From the NCBI GenBank assembly GCA_965215335.1, contig CBDCDA010000001.1, positions 1,056,001 through 1,120,000 on the forward strand: a stretch of DNA of 64,000 nucleotides. Direction: 5' to 3'. The position numbers and the translations under genes are program-made. The notes below the pieces were generated by a model. It was not told the DNA's origin. It made no database searches and was given only the letters and a program-made list of their open reading frames with translations. Each line of letters opens with the position of its first letter. The stretch's first letter is position 1. Shown here piece by piece: positions 29,950 to 41,145 of this stretch. The DNA comes from an uncultured Candidatus Entotheonella sp. Its GTDB lineage: Bacteria > Tectomicrobia > Entotheonellia > Entotheonellales > Entotheonellaceae.

Positions 29950-29967
29950 CACCAGGCTCCCACCATA

Positions 29968-30153
29968 CCCGGTGTTGGTGAATACGACGCGGGTACGCGG
30001 CGGCAGGGCGCCGTGGTGGGCATTGAGGATGCGGCGCAGCATGAACGCGCTGCGGCGGCGGCCGGAGAAGTTGATGATACGGAAACGGTCGTCGTCCGGG
30101 ATGCGGTAGGCATCCGGCTTCCCCCAGTGTTGGGACGTGTAGCGTGGCATCAT
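29968..30153 (-). pseudogene. N-terminal fragment of a PAPS-reductase-like (PP-loop) protein
   Basis: IINFSGRRRSAFML...VVFTNTG resembles the SFSGGRTS...FANTG motifs; truncated. Confidence 0.5.
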
Positions 30154-30213
30154 GGGTGCCTCCTGGGCAGGGATACCGGATGAGGGGCCGGTATCCCGGG
30201 CGTCGGGTGGCTA

Positions 30214-31055
30214 GGTTCAGGACTCATAACCAGAAGATGACCGTGGCAGCAATACAGATGGCGCTGTAGAAAGTGTGCGCACAGCGATCATGGCGTGTGG
30301 CGATACGGCGCCAATCCTTGAGGCGACCGAACAGGCGCTCGATGAGATTACGGCTCTTGTAAAGCTCCGTGTCGTAGACAATCGGCTCTTTACGATTGGC
30401 ACGGCCTGGAATACAGGGCTTGATCTTGCGCTCGGCAAGCGCCTTGCGCAGCCGGTTGCTGTCATAACCCTTGTCGGCAATCAGCACGTCGGCCTCCGGC
30501 AATGCGGGCGGCGCCATGTCCGCCCCGCGATAGTCGCTGACCCGGCCCGCAGTCAACACCATGACGACGGGCTTGCCGTCGCCGTCGCAGACGGCGTGAA
30601 GTTTCGAGTTGAGGCCGCCTCGGGTACGCCCGACATGGCGCGGAAAAGCCCCCCTCGAGCAGGCTGGCAGCGGTGCGATGCGCCTTGAGCTGCGTGCTGT
30701 CGATCATGACGGTCTCGGTGGCCGTGCTGTCGGCGGCCAGGGTTTGGAAGATGCGGTCGAAGACACCGGCCTTGCTCCAGCGCACGAAGCGGTTGTAGAG
30801 CGTCTTGTGGGGACCGTAGCAGGCGGGCGCGTGGCGCCACATCAGACCGTATCGAATGACGTGGATGATGCCGCTGATGACCTTTCGGTCATCGACGCGT
30901 GGGACGCCGCGCACCTTGTTGGGTAGCAGGGGTTGGAGTCGGGCAAACTGCGCATCGGAGAGCCAGAAGTGATGATCGGGCATGATGAACCTCCCCATGG
31001 AGTCAGGGTCTTGAATCCGATATGTTCAATGATAACCCTTTATAGGTCCTGAGCC
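30214..31055 (-). mobile_element. IS5-family element, second diverged copy, 842 bp
   Basis: Same ends as 8907-9749, TA on both sides, near-identical two-ORF transposase. Confidence 0.93.
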
Positions 31056-32423
31056 TACATCAACGGGCAGGTGGACTTCATGCGGGCGACCGCTACCAGT
31101 GAGGAAATCGAGCGTTTCCGGCTTGAGAAAGATGACGTCCTCATTACCAAGGACTCCGAAACATGGGATGACATTGGGGTTTCCGCACTGGTAACGGAGG
31201 CTGCGGACGATCTTATCTCAGGCTATCACTTGGCCCTATTGCGCCCACAATCTGACAAGCTTGCGGGCGCCTATTTGCTTCGTGCTTTGCAGAGCAAGGG
31301 GCTGGCTTATCAGTTCCATATCAAGGCGAAGGGCGTAACCAGATACGGACTCTCCCATGCTGGTATCAAGTCGGCATGGCTCCCTCTGCCTTCCCTCCCC
31401 GAACAAACCGCCATCGTCCGCTTCCTCGACCACGCCGACCGGCGCATCCGGCGCTACATCCGCGCCAAGCAGAAGCTGGTCGCGCTGCTGGAGGAGCAGA
31501 AGCAGGGCCTCATCCACGAGGCCGTCACCGGCCAGATCGACGTCCGCACCGGCCAGCCCTACCCGGCCTACAAGCCTTCCGGCGTGGAGTGGCTGGGAGA
31601 TGTTTCGGCACATTGGGAACCCGCCAAGATCAAGAGCTTGGCTCGTCCTGGCTACAAGACTTTCGTGGATGGGGACTGGATTGAGAGTCCCTACATCACT
31701 CCGGATGGGATCCGCCTGATTCAGACCGGCAACATCGGCGTCGGCGAATACAGGGAGAAAGGGTTTCGCTATATCCGTGAAAACACCTTCAAGAGTTTTG
31801 GCTGTACTGAAGTCATGCCCGGTGACATTTTGATCTGCAGATTGGGGGAACCAGTTGCAAGGACTTGTATAGCCCCCAACCTTGGCAGACGGATGATCAC
31901 ATCTGTCGATGTCTGCATACTGAAACTTCCTGACGAAGCTAGCGCCCAGTTTCTTGTCTACAGCATGTCCTCTCGTCGTTACCTCGACTGGGTTGGATCG
32001 CTTGTTAGAGGAAGCACGCGTGATCGAGTGAGTCGGTCCATGCTTGGGTCATTCTCAGTACCAATTCCACCCCTCCCTGAACAAACCGCCATCGTCTGCT
32101 ATCTCGACAAGGCCATTGCCGCCATCGACACCGCCATTGCCCGCACCCGACGCCATATCGAATTGCTGCAGGAATACCGCACCCGCCTCATCGCCGATGT
32201 CGTCACCGGCAAGCTCGACGTGCGCGAGGCCGCGGCCGCACTGCCCGAGGCCGATCCCCTCGCTGCCGAAGACACCCTCGACACCGACACCGTGCAGGGT
32301 CGACGCCGGAGTTTTACAGGCCACAACGATACATTATTCGGGATCAACCATCCCTTCCATGCGGCGCGCGGGTGTTGCCCATCGGTCAATGAGAACCTAT
32401 GCTGTGTCACCCAGAAATTGTGA
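31056..32423 (+). pseudogene. hsdS: Type I R-M specificity subunit, 5'-truncated at the IS5
   Basis: Two PxLPEQTAIV core repeats, YKPSGVEWLG, EYRTRLIADVVTGKLDVR; begins mid-TRD at the IS boundary. Confidence 0.85.
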
Positions 32424-32433
32424 GGCTACGCCC

Positions 32434-32775
32434 ATGAAAAACATCACCGTATCCGTTGACGAAGAAACCCACCGGCTCGCCCGAATCCGAGCGGCAGAGT
32501 TGGACACCTCGGTGTCGGCTCTGGTGCGGGGCTACCTGAAAAGCCTGGTTACAGACCGCCCCGGCGACACAGTGGCCGATGGGCCGGGCGCAGAGACGGA
32601 GGCCGAACGCCGTCGCAGAATGTTGCGCGAGGTCATCGAGGAGATCACGGCCAACGGGGGCGGATTGCGCATGGCCGACAACCTGCCCCGCGAGGAACTG
32701 TACGACCGGGCCAGAGCCAGGGCCGAGGCTCAGGCAGCGGCCGCCACCGAACGCCAAGACTTCAAGCGCGGGTGA
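32434..32775 (+). CDS. RHH-type antitoxin (VapB-like)
   Basis: MKNITVSVDEETHRLARIRAAELDTSVSALVRGYL...PREELYDR; overlaps the PIN gene. Confidence 0.8.
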   Translation: MKNITVSVDEETHRLARIRAAELDTSVSALVRGYLKSLVTDRPGDTVADGPGAETEAERRRRMLREVIEEITANGGGLRMADNLPREELYDRARARAEAQAAAATERQDFKRG

Positions 32776-33203
32776 GCGCGATGCGCTTTGTCGATACGAA
32801 CGTGCTGCTGTACGCGGTAAGCGCTCTATCCGAGGACGCGGATAAGCGTCTTCACGCCCTCAACCTGCTGACCGCAGGAGATTTGGCGCTGTCGGTGCAG
32901 GTGCTGCAAGAGTTCTATCACCAGGCAACGCGCCCCAGCCGCCTGGGAGCGATCACCCAAGACCAAGCGTTGCGATTCATTGAGAGCATCAGTCACTTTC
33001 CGGTGCAGGACGTCACCCTCGATGTGTTTCGCGTCGGCGCTGCTATCAGCCGGCGCTTTCGGCTGTCATACTGGGACGGCGCGATCCTCGCTGCAGCGCG
33101 TATCCTGGGCTGCGACGCGGTCTATTCCGAGGACCTGAGTCCGCAGCAGGACTACGACGGCCTCCGGGTCATAAACCCGTTTCTGAAAGAATCGCCAGCG
33201 TAA
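32772..33203 (+). CDS. PIN-domain toxin (VapC-like)
   Basis: FVDTNVLLYA, QVLQEFY, SYWDGAI, YSEDL, INPF. Confidence 0.9.
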   Translation: MSAMRFVDTNVLLYAVSALSEDADKRLHALNLLTAGDLALSVQVLQEFYHQATRPSRLGAITQDQALRFIESISHFPVQDVTLDVFRVGAAISRRFRLSYWDGAILAAARILGCDAVYSEDLSPQQDYDGLRVINPFLKESPA

Positions 33204-34372
33204 TGACCACCGACACCTCCGAACGCGGCCTCGAATGCCTCATCTGCACGGCGCTGGCCGGGCATCCGTGCGAGCCGCCGGCATCGGGCACCGTGGCCGA
33301 ACCGCCCGCCGGATACGGCGGCGTGGGCTGGAGCGGCGGCAACCCGCACGACTACGACCGCGAGCATGGCGTCGATGTCGTGCAACTCCGCGCCTTCCTG
33401 CGGGCCACCCAGCCGCAAGCCGCGGCAACGCTGGCGCTGCATGAGGACGGCCCGACCCGGCGGCGCTTCCTGGCGCGGCTGCAGGGCGAGGTGTCCAAGC
33501 GTGGCACTATCGACGTGCTGCGCTACGGCGTGCGGCACGGACCGCATCACCTGCACCTGTTCTACGGCACGCCGTCCCCCGGCAACGAGCCGGCCAGGGA
33601 ACGCTTTCGAGCACAACCGCTTCACCGTCACCCGGCAGCTGCGCTACAGCCGCGACGAGACCCAGCGGGCACTGGACATCGGGCTGTTCGTCAACGGCCT
33701 GCCGGTGTTCACCTTCGAGCTCAAGAACCGCCTGACCAAGCAGACGGTGGACGACGCGGTCCAGCAGTACCGCAAGGACCGCAACTGGCGCGAGAAGCTG
33801 TTCGAGTTCGGGCGCTGCGTGGCCCACTTCGCGGTGGACGACAGCGAGGCGCGCTTCTGCACCCGCCTGCAAGGCAAAAGCTCGTGGTTCCTGCCCTTCA
33901 ACCGCGGCTGGAACGACGGGGCGGGCAACCCGCCGAACCCGGACGGCATCAAGACCGACTACCTGTGGCGCGCCGTGCTGTCCCGCGACAGCCTGACCGA
34001 CATCCTGGAGAATTACGCCCAGGTGGTGAAGACCAGGGACGAGAAGACAGGTCGAAAGAAAAGGGATCAGGTCTGGCCGCGCTACCACCAACTCGACGTG
34101 GTGCGCCGTCTGCTGGCCGACGCGGGGACGCACGGGGCGGGGCGGCGCTTCGCCATCCTTATCGACGAGGCCCACTCCAGCCAGGGCGGGCGCACCAGCG
34201 GGGCGATGACGCAGGCGCTCGCCGAGGCCGGCCAGGCGGACGAGGAAGAGATGTTCGAGGACCAGATCAACCGCCTCATGGCGTCCCGCAGGCTGCTCCC
34301 CAACGCCAGCTACTTCGCCTTCACCGCCACCCCCAAGAACAAGACGCTGGAGATCTTCGGCGACCAGGAGCC
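33203..34372 (+). pseudogene. hsdR: Type I R-M restriction subunit, frameshifted, internally deleted and truncated
   Basis: MTTDTSERGLE; frameshift at ~33605; ELKN, FLPFNRG, PRYHQL, then a direct jump to IDEAHSSQ (Walker A lost), FTATPK; ends at repeat copy 2. Confidence 0.88.
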
Positions 34373-35813
34373 GCAACGCCCGGTTTTCGGCAAGCAGCTA
34401 CCCTTTGCCGTCCACCGGGGAGACTTCGACCCCGTCCGGGTGGCCCGGACGCTTGCCGGCAGCGAGATCATCGAGGGCGCCTGCCGGAATCATCCAGACG
34501 ACGCCTTTATTCTCGAAGGGCGGCTCGAACTGGTCGCCGGCCAGCGCCGTATCGGCGACAAAGAGATTGCCGCTGGCATCGAAAGCCAAGGGCATTGGAA
34601 ATGAGGACGGGAATGCCGTTGATCTCCTCGAAGAGCGACCCGTGCCCATGTCAATCTCGCCGAGTGTCTGACCATCGGGGGTGAAGGCCAGGAGCTTCGA
34701 ACGCATCCGGTTGCGGTCCGTGATCACCTGCCCATCGGCATCCCGCATCGGGGCATGCGGCAGGCAGGCAAAGATCGTTCCGGCGGGGAACGTCGTCGCA
34801 TCCACCGGCAGGACGCCCATCCCCAAGCCCCCGGTCAGGCTGGTGACGAGCTTGTCATCTACCATCGTCAACTCGCCCGATGCCTGCACTTCGAGCTCGC
34901 TGATGAAGGCAAGGCAGGGGTCGCTGTGGCGACCCCCTGCCCGGGTGTGCCTGCACGCCGGGAGGAGGGGCGCGTCAGGCACGTTGATCGATGAGCAGGA
35001 TGGGGACGCCCGCTCTCGGCCATTACCACGTCCGGAGGTAGGAAATCGTTGCCTTGGGGTTGATGCCGGCCTCGGGTATGGACGCCAGGTGGCGCCGATA
35101 CGCCTTGTCGGTCAGGTTGTCGACGCCCACGTCGACCCGGAAGCCTTGCAGTGGGCCGGCGTGCGGCTGCCAGCTTGCAAAGAGGTCATACACGCTGTAG
35201 CCGGGCGTCTTCTCGGGTCCCCCTCGCTCATTCTCCGGAACCCTGTCCTGGTTATCGACAATCTGCACCCGACCGCCCACCGTGAGGTCCCAGGGGAGGT
35301 GGGTGTAGCTCAAGCCAATAACACCCCTCCGCGGTTGAATATCTCCCAGCGGCGCGTCGTCTGCACCGTCCTCTCCCGTGACGTCGTCTCCTTTGACGTC
35401 CGTGTAGTTGGCCCACACGTCGAATCCCGTCATGAAGACCCAGCGCAACTCGGCTTCGATCCCCTGGATGAGGGCTTTCTGTACATTGACGTACTGGATT
35501 GTCGTCTGAGGCGGGGCAGGCATTTGACCAGGTATGGGGGGAGCGAAGCTCACCCTCACGTCAGCGTCGATGAAATCATCAATCTGGTTTCGGAACCAGG
35601 CGAGCTTGAAAAGAAATCGGTCATGGTCCGACAGCACACCCTCGCCGCGCAGGCGGAGACCCACGTCGACATTGCGGCTCTTTTCCGGCTTCAGATCGGG
35701 ATTCGGCAGAAATTCAGCTACGAGGCCGGCGGTGTGGCTACCGCTAATGTATAGCTCCCCGAATGCGGGGGCCCGGAATCCCTCGGCATAATTGGCTTCC
35801 AGATACAGGAAAT
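34364..35813. repeat. 1450-bp direct repeat, copy 2
   Basis: Matches 27995-29444. Confidence 0.95.
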
Positions 35814-37203
35814 TGGTCACTTTGAAAACCCCGCCGATTTTGGGGCTGAGGTGCCTGTCGGTGATGTCGTCCTGCCCCTCGGTGTCGTTCTGAAAGCGGT
35901 CCCAGCGCAACGCCGGAATGATGAACAGCCGGCCGCCCAGGCTGATCTCATCCTGCACGTACAGGGACATCGTGCGGGCATCCGCATCCGGGAAGAACAG
36001 GTACGGACGGCCGTCCTGCTCGGCACGCTGGCGATCCTGGAAATACTCGAACCCGTACGTCAGGACGTGCCGATGCGCTGGCAGCAGCCGGATGTCGGAG
36101 GAATTGCGCAGGTCGAATCCCGTGGTGTCGTAACTGGTGGCGTCCGGGCGCTCGTCCGACAGCCGGTGGCGGCGGGTGTCCATGGTGGTGACATAGGCAA
36201 ACCCGCTGAAGCGGAGATACGGGTTCTCCTCGTTGTCGAACGTGTATCCCAGGCGGTAAGTCGTCTGCTTGGTCTGGCGGTCCATCAGTGGGTTGAAGCG
36301 AGGGTCCGTCCGGCCATCCGGAGCGGCCGGCACCTCGCCGTCTTCCTCGAATCCCTGTATCGAGAACCGCAGCTCGGAATGGCGCGCCGGGCGCCAGATC
36401 AGCTTGCCCAGGCCGTTGCGCAGGTCTTCGGCGGAATGTTCGAGACGGCCGGCATCGCCGCCGAGCTCGATGTCTTGCGCTTGGCGGACCGCAAAGGAAC
36501 CCAGGTATTCCACGTTCGCGTCCAGGCGCCCGAACAGCATGCCGCCGGTCAGCCATTCGTCATTGACGCCCTGAAAGCCCAGCTTCAGTTGGCCGCCCAT
36601 GCGGTCCCCTTCCTCCAGGAAGTCGGCCGGGTCGACGGTGCTCATGGCCAGCACGCCGCCCAGGGCGCCACTGCCCCACAGCGCCGAATTGGGCCCCCGC
36701 ACCACGTCGATCCGCTGCAGGGCGTCGACGTCCAGAAACAGCCGTCCCTGGTGTCCGGCGTTGAAATTGAGCCGCACCCCGTCCATGGTGGCGAGCACCC
36801 GCGGCCCCGACAGACCGCGAATCGAGGGAAGTTCCGCCAGGCGCCGCGGGCCGCCGCCCACCTCAAGACCCGGCTGGTAGCGCAGCACGTCATCCAGGCT
36901 CTGGGCCTGCATGCGGTCGATTTCGTCGCGATGGATGACGTTGACCTCGCCGGGGGTTTCGGCCGGATCCCGCCGCGTCTTGGTCGCCGTGACCGTTATC
37001 GTGTCGGTAACCAGCGGTGTCGCTTGCCGAGCCGCCAACTGCTCGCCGCCGGCTGGCGTGTCTTCCTGCGCCACGATGGCAGCCGGAACCAGGCAGCACA
37101 GAGCCGTACAAAAAATCAGAGTGCGCCCCAGGGCGTGTCGCAGCAACGCCTTGCCATGGCGTTGTGGAGCGGCCCCCTGTCGCCATGCGGTCGCTGTTTG
37201 CAT
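35023..37203 (-). CDS. TonB-dependent heme/hemoglobin receptor
   Basis: Signal peptide, TonB box DTITVTA, RIDVVRGPNSALWGSGALGG, FRAP...H...NPDL motifs, terminal W. Confidence 0.9.
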   Translation of the reverse strand: MQTATAWRQGAAPQRHGKALLRHALGRTLIFCTALCCLVPAAIVAQEDTPAGGEQLAARQATPLVTDTITVTATKTRRDPAETPGEVNVIHRDEIDRMQAQSLDDVLRYQPGLEVGGGPRRLAELPSIRGLSGPRVLATMDGVRLNFNAGHQGRLFLDVDALQRIDVVRGPNSALWGSGALGGVLAMSTVDPADFLEEGDRMGGQLKLGFQGVNDEWLTGGMLFGRLDANVEYLGSFAVRQAQDIELGGDAGRLEHSAEDLRNGLGKLIWRPARHSELRFSIQGFEEDGEVPAAPDGRTDPRFNPLMDRQTKQTTYRLGYTFDNEENPYLRFSGFAYVTTMDTRRHRLSDERPDATSYDTTGFDLRNSSDIRLLPAHRHVLTYGFEYFQDRQRAEQDGRPYLFFPDADARTMSLYVQDEISLGGRLFIIPALRWDRFQNDTEGQDDITDRHLSPKIGGVFKVTNFLYLEANYAEGFRAPAFGELYISGSHTAGLVAEFLPNPDLKPEKSRNVDVGLRLRGEGVLSDHDRFLFKLAWFRNQIDDFIDADVRVSFAPPIPGQMPAPPQTTIQYVNVQKALIQGIEAELRWVFMTGFDVWANYTDVKGDDVTGEDGADDAPLGDIQPRRGVIGLSYTHLPWDLTVGGRVQIVDNQDRVPENERGGPEKTPGYSVYDLFASWQPHAGPLQGFRVDVGVDNLTDKAYRRHLASIPEAGINPKATISYLRTW

Positions 37204-37300
37204 GATGTCTCCTTTCGTCACTTGATTCGTATTCGTCGCCGAGTTGACCACAGTGGCTACCGGACACGCCTGTTTGGGCATTCACCCTGCACACCATATT

Positions 37301-37319
37301 GAAAACGATTATCATTTTC
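37301..37319. promoter_or_regulatory. Fur-like box between the divergent receptor and hmuTUV
   Basis: Reverse complement GAAAATGATAATCGTTTTC, 16/19. Confidence 0.75.
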
Positions 37320-37479
37320 TTTTTAGAAGGCCAATGTAAACCCATTTGTAAGGGGGTGAGGGCAGGAAAGAGGGCGGAATATCTAGTTACAAGTTGGTTT
37401 GAGGAGGTTGGTAGAGGGGGTATGATGCGGCGAAATTCGATTCATCCTGAACCTTTTACTGATCAAGAGAAGATTCGCC

Positions 37480-38340
37480 ATGTCCAGACAGCGTTCTTTC
37501 CTGTTATCGGTATGGGTGGTTTGGATGGTGCTTGCTTCGGCCGCCGGTGCGGCGCCCCGCATCGTCAGCATTGGCGGCTCGGTAACCGAAATCGTGTACG
37601 CCTTGGGCGCCGGAGCCGACGTGGTGGGGGTGGATACGTCGAGCACCTACCCGGAGGCCGCGACGCAACTGCCGCAAGTGGGATATCAACGCCGGTTTTC
37701 CGCCGAAGGCGTGCTGTCCCTGCAACCGGACGTGGTGCTGGTCAGCAGCGAAGCCGGTCCGCCGGTGGCCTTGACGCATCTCAGGTCGGCCGTCGAGGTT
37801 GTCGAAGTCCCTCTGGCTTACACCATCGCCGGCGCTGAAGCCAAAATCCACATGATCGCCCAAACACTCGGCCGGCAAGACCAGGGCAAGGGATTGGTAA
37901 ACGGCCTGCGCCGCGACCTCGCTGTCGCTCAAGCCGCGCTGGGTCGGGTTCGCTCGCAGCCGCGCGTGCTGTTCCTGTATGCCCGCGGCCTGGGTACCCT
38001 GTACGTCTCGGGATCGGGCACGGCAGCCGACGCCATGATCCGGCTGGCCGGCGGCGTCAACGCCGTCACCGAGTACGAGGGCTTCAAGCCGTTCACCCCG
38101 GAAGCCGTTTTGGCCGCCGCCCCCGACGTGTTGTTGATGCTGGCTCGCGGGATCGACAGCCTGGGCGGTGTCGAGGGACTTCTGAAACTTCCCGGCATTG
38201 TCCTCACCGAGGCCGCCAGACAGCGCCGCATCGTCGCCATGGACGATCTGTATCTGAGTGGTTTCGGCCCGCGTCTCGGGGCGGCGATCAAGGATCTGGC
38301 CTTCCATTTGCACCCCGAATTGCAACCGGATTCGCCATGA
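37480..38340 (+). CDS. hmuT: Heme ABC transporter substrate-binding protein
   Basis: RIVSIGGSVTEIVYALG, VGYQR (Tyr ligand), GFGPR. Confidence 0.9.
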   Translation: MSRQRSFLLSVWVVWMVLASAAGAAPRIVSIGGSVTEIVYALGAGADVVGVDTSSTYPEAATQLPQVGYQRRFSAEGVLSLQPDVVLVSSEAGPPVALTHLRSAVEVVEVPLAYTIAGAEAKIHMIAQTLGRQDQGKGLVNGLRRDLAVAQAALGRVRSQPRVLFLYARGLGTLYVSGSGTAADAMIRLAGGVNAVTEYEGFKPFTPEAVLAAAPDVLLMLARGIDSLGGVEGLLKLPGIVLTEAARQRRIVAMDDLYLSGFGPRLGAAIKDLAFHLHPELQPDSP

Positions 38341-39458
38341 TGCGCGAGGCCGTTGCGCAGGGAACGACTTCGGAGAGCGGCGACGACACCCGTGCAGGAA
38401 CACCCATGCCGCGCCAGCGATGGGCGGCGTTCGTTCTGCTGACCCTGTTCGCCCTCCTGCTGCTGAGTGGCGGCGTCGCCGTTGGCACGGGGGTGGTGCA
38501 CATGGCACCCGGCCAGGTTCTGGCCGTCCTGGCGCGGCAGGTCGGCTTGTCCTTGCCGTGGCCGTTCGCCCCCCAGCACGAGGCGGTGCTGATGACCATC
38601 CGTCTGCCGCGGGTACTGCTAGCGGTTCTCGTGGGTGGCGGCCTGGCGGTATCGGGCGCCGCCATGCAAGGGCTGTTTCGCAATCCGCTGGCCGACCCCG
38701 GCCTGGTGGGTGTGTCCAGCGGCGCGGCCCTGGCGGCCGTGGCCGTCATCGTGCTCGGCGCCACCTGGCTGCCCGGCGTCACCCTTCTGCTGGGGCCGTT
38801 CACCCTGCCGCTGGCAGCCTTTGCCGGCGGCGTGGGCACCACCCTGCTGGTGTATCGCGTGGCCCGTGTGGCCGGGCGCACCGTGGTGGCCACCCTGCTG
38901 CTGACCGGCATCGCGGTGAACGCGCTGGCCGGCGCGGGCACCGGGCTGTTGACCTTCGTTGCCACCGACGAGGCGCTGCGCAACATCACCTTCTGGAGCC
39001 TGGGCAGCCTGAGCGGCGCGACCTGGGATGCGGTGGCCGTGCTGGCAGCGTGCATCGTGCCCGCGGTGTGGCTGCTGACACGCGGTGCTCTGGCCCTGAA
39101 CGTCATGCTGCTGGGGGAAATGGAGGCCGGTCATCTTGGCGTACACGTCGAGCGGGTCAAACGGCTCAACGTTCTGCTGGTCGGGTTGACGGTCGGCGCC
39201 GCCGTTTCCGTCACCGGCATCATCGGCTTTGTCGGCCTCGTCGTGCCCCACCTGCTGCGGTTGCTGGTGGGCCCCGACCACCGCTACGTGCTGCCGGGCG
39301 CCGTTCTGTTCGGCGCCGTCCTGCTGCTGGGTGCCGACCTGCTGGCCCGCACGCTGGTCACGCCGGCGGAGTTGCCCATCGGCATCGTCACCGCCGCGCT
39401 CGGCGCACCTTTCTTCCTGTGGCTGCTCATGCGCCAGCGGCACCAGTGGAGCCCGTGA
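38337..39458 (+). CDS. hmuU: Heme ABC transporter permease (FecCD family)
   Basis: IRLPRV, QGLFRNPLADPGLVGVSSGA, IGFVGLVVPH, ELPIGIVTA. Confidence 0.9.
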   Translation: MMREAVAQGTTSESGDDTRAGTPMPRQRWAAFVLLTLFALLLLSGGVAVGTGVVHMAPGQVLAVLARQVGLSLPWPFAPQHEAVLMTIRLPRVLLAVLVGGGLAVSGAAMQGLFRNPLADPGLVGVSSGAALAAVAVIVLGATWLPGVTLLLGPFTLPLAAFAGGVGTTLLVYRVARVAGRTVVATLLLTGIAVNALAGAGTGLLTFVATDEALRNITFWSLGSLSGATWDAVAVLAACIVPAVWLLTRGALALNVMLLGEMEAGHLGVHVERVKRLNVLLVGLTVGAAVSVTGIIGFVGLVVPHLLRLLVGPDHRYVLPGAVLFGAVLLLGADLLARTLVTPAELPIGIVTAALGAPFFLWLLMRQRHQWSP

Positions 39459-40231
39459 TGCTCGCCGTACGGAACGTCCACGTGCGCGTTGGCCGGAGCC
39501 GGCTGCTTACCGACGTGTCGCTGAGCGTGGCCAGCGGTGAGGTCGTGGCCATCGTCGGGCCCAACGGAGCTGGCAAATCGACCCTGCTCAAGGCCATGTG
39601 CGGCGACGTGCTCCCAACCCGCGGCGAGGTTACGCTCAATGGCCGGCGCTTGCGGGCCTGGCACCGGCGTGAACGCGCCCGCGTCATGGCGGTGCTGCCC
39701 CAGGAATCGACCCTGGCGTTTCCGTTCACGGTTCTCGAGGTGGTCATGATGGGCCGCACCCCGCACGGCGGTGCTGGCGACCGGCGGGACCAGGCGATCG
39801 CCCGAGCGGCCCTGGAGGCCGCCGGCATGAGCGCGTTTGAGCAGCGTATCTACCCGACCCTGTCGGGCGGCGAGCGGCAGCGCGTGCACGTGGCGCGCGT
39901 GCTGGCGCAGGTGTGGGAAGAACCCGGGAACGGCGCCCGCTACCTGCTGCTCGACGAACCGACCGCCAGCCTGGACCTGGCGTACCAGCATCACACGCTC
40001 GAAACCTTCAGGCAGTTCGCCGCCAGGGGCGCAGGGGTGCTGGCCGTCCTGCACGACCTCAACCTCGCGGCGCAGTTCGCGGACCACATTGTCGTCCTGC
40101 GGGACGGTCATCAACTGGCTTCCGGCTGTCCACACACGGTCCTGACGCCGGGCGTCATTCAGGCGGCCTTCGCCTTTCCGGCCACGGTGATGCCGCATCC
40201 ATCGCGGGCCTGCCCATTGGTGGTGGCGTAA
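39458..40231 (+). CDS. hmuV: Heme ABC transporter ATPase
   Basis: GPNGAGKST, LSGGERQRV, LLLDEPT, LHDLNLA; TGATG coupling to hmuU. Confidence 0.9.
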   Translation: MLAVRNVHVRVGRSRLLTDVSLSVASGEVVAIVGPNGAGKSTLLKAMCGDVLPTRGEVTLNGRRLRAWHRRERARVMAVLPQESTLAFPFTVLEVVMMGRTPHGGAGDRRDQAIARAALEAAGMSAFEQRIYPTLSGGERQRVHVARVLAQVWEEPGNGARYLLLDEPTASLDLAYQHHTLETFRQFAARGAGVLAVLHDLNLAAQFADHIVVLRDGHQLASGCPHTVLTPGVIQAAFAFPATVMPHPSRACPLVVA

Positions 40232-40295
40232 CGGTGAGCCCTCGGGACCAGACGGGAGACAGGATTGATTCGCATCAGACAACGGAGGAGTCATC

Positions 40296-40607
40296 ATGGC
40301 CTACATCGCGATGAACAATTTCCAGGTAGCGGCGGACCAGGCGGCGGGATTCGAGGCGCGCTGGCGGGAGCGGCCCAGCCGCCTGCACGAGGTGCCGGGG
40401 TTCGAGAGTTTCCGTCTCCTGCGCGGCGACGAATCGGAAGGGGTGGTCCATTACGCCTCGCACACCGTCTGGGCGTCGAAGAAAGCGTTCGAGGCGTGGA
40501 CGAAATCGGACCATTTTGCCCAGGCTCACGGTGGGGAGCCGCTGCCGGCGGGCATGGTGCTGGGGCATCCCAAGCTGCAGCGTTTCGAGGTCGTTCTACA
40601 AAGCTGA
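40296..40607 (+). CDS. ABM-domain heme-degrading monooxygenase (IsdG/HmuQ-like)
   Basis: YIAMN, FEARW, VPGF, WTKSDHFAQAH; directly after hmuV. Confidence 0.8.
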   Translation: MAYIAMNNFQVAADQAAGFEARWRERPSRLHEVPGFESFRLLRGDESEGVVHYASHTVWASKKAFEAWTKSDHFAQAHGGEPLPAGMVLGHPKLQRFEVVLQS

Positions 40608-40788
40608 ATGGGATTGCCCGGCGACCGGACGTGGCCGAGGTGCCCTCTCAAGGGGGCAATTCCCCTGTTCTCCCGCGGTCTTGACACAGGAACGCAAGCG
40701 TTATTAAATTGAAAACGGTTGTCAGAATCAGTTGATTCGTGATACAAGCCTCCCATAGGTGGGACCTGCTTACGGAAGGAGGGAATGC

Positions 40789-41145
40789 ATGCGGGAAGAA
40801 ATCATCGCCACGATTTCCCAGGACGAAGGGGTCAATCTGGAGGTGGCCCTGGTGTACACCGCTGCGGATGATGCCGCTGTCGAATTGCGGCACCTTGTCT
40901 GGGGGCAGGGGTTGGGGTGGTATCGCCAGAAGACCCTGCGCCTGGAAGCGCAGGCGGCGCATTCGCTATTGCGGGCACTGGGGCAGGTGCGGCATCGTCT
41001 GGTGCCCGCAGGGGACGCCGCCTCAGCCGGGAAAATCATTCCGTTCCCGGGTGTTGGCCCTTCTCCGGTCGAGACGAAGCGCCGGGCGATCCGAGGCGGC
41101 TCCCAGCGTTCCTGTTCATCCATTCCAGAGACGGTATCCATCTGA
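40789..41145 (+). CDS. Hypothetical protein
   Basis: AAGGAGG RBS; VELRHLVWGQGLGWYRQKTLRL, KIIPFP; TTGACA at 40681 upstream. Confidence 0.6.
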   Translation: MREEIIATISQDEGVNLEVALVYTAADDAAVELRHLVWGQGLGWYRQKTLRLEAQAAHSLLRALGQVRHRLVPAGDAASAGKIIPFPGVGPSPVETKRRAIRGGSQRSCSSIPETVSI

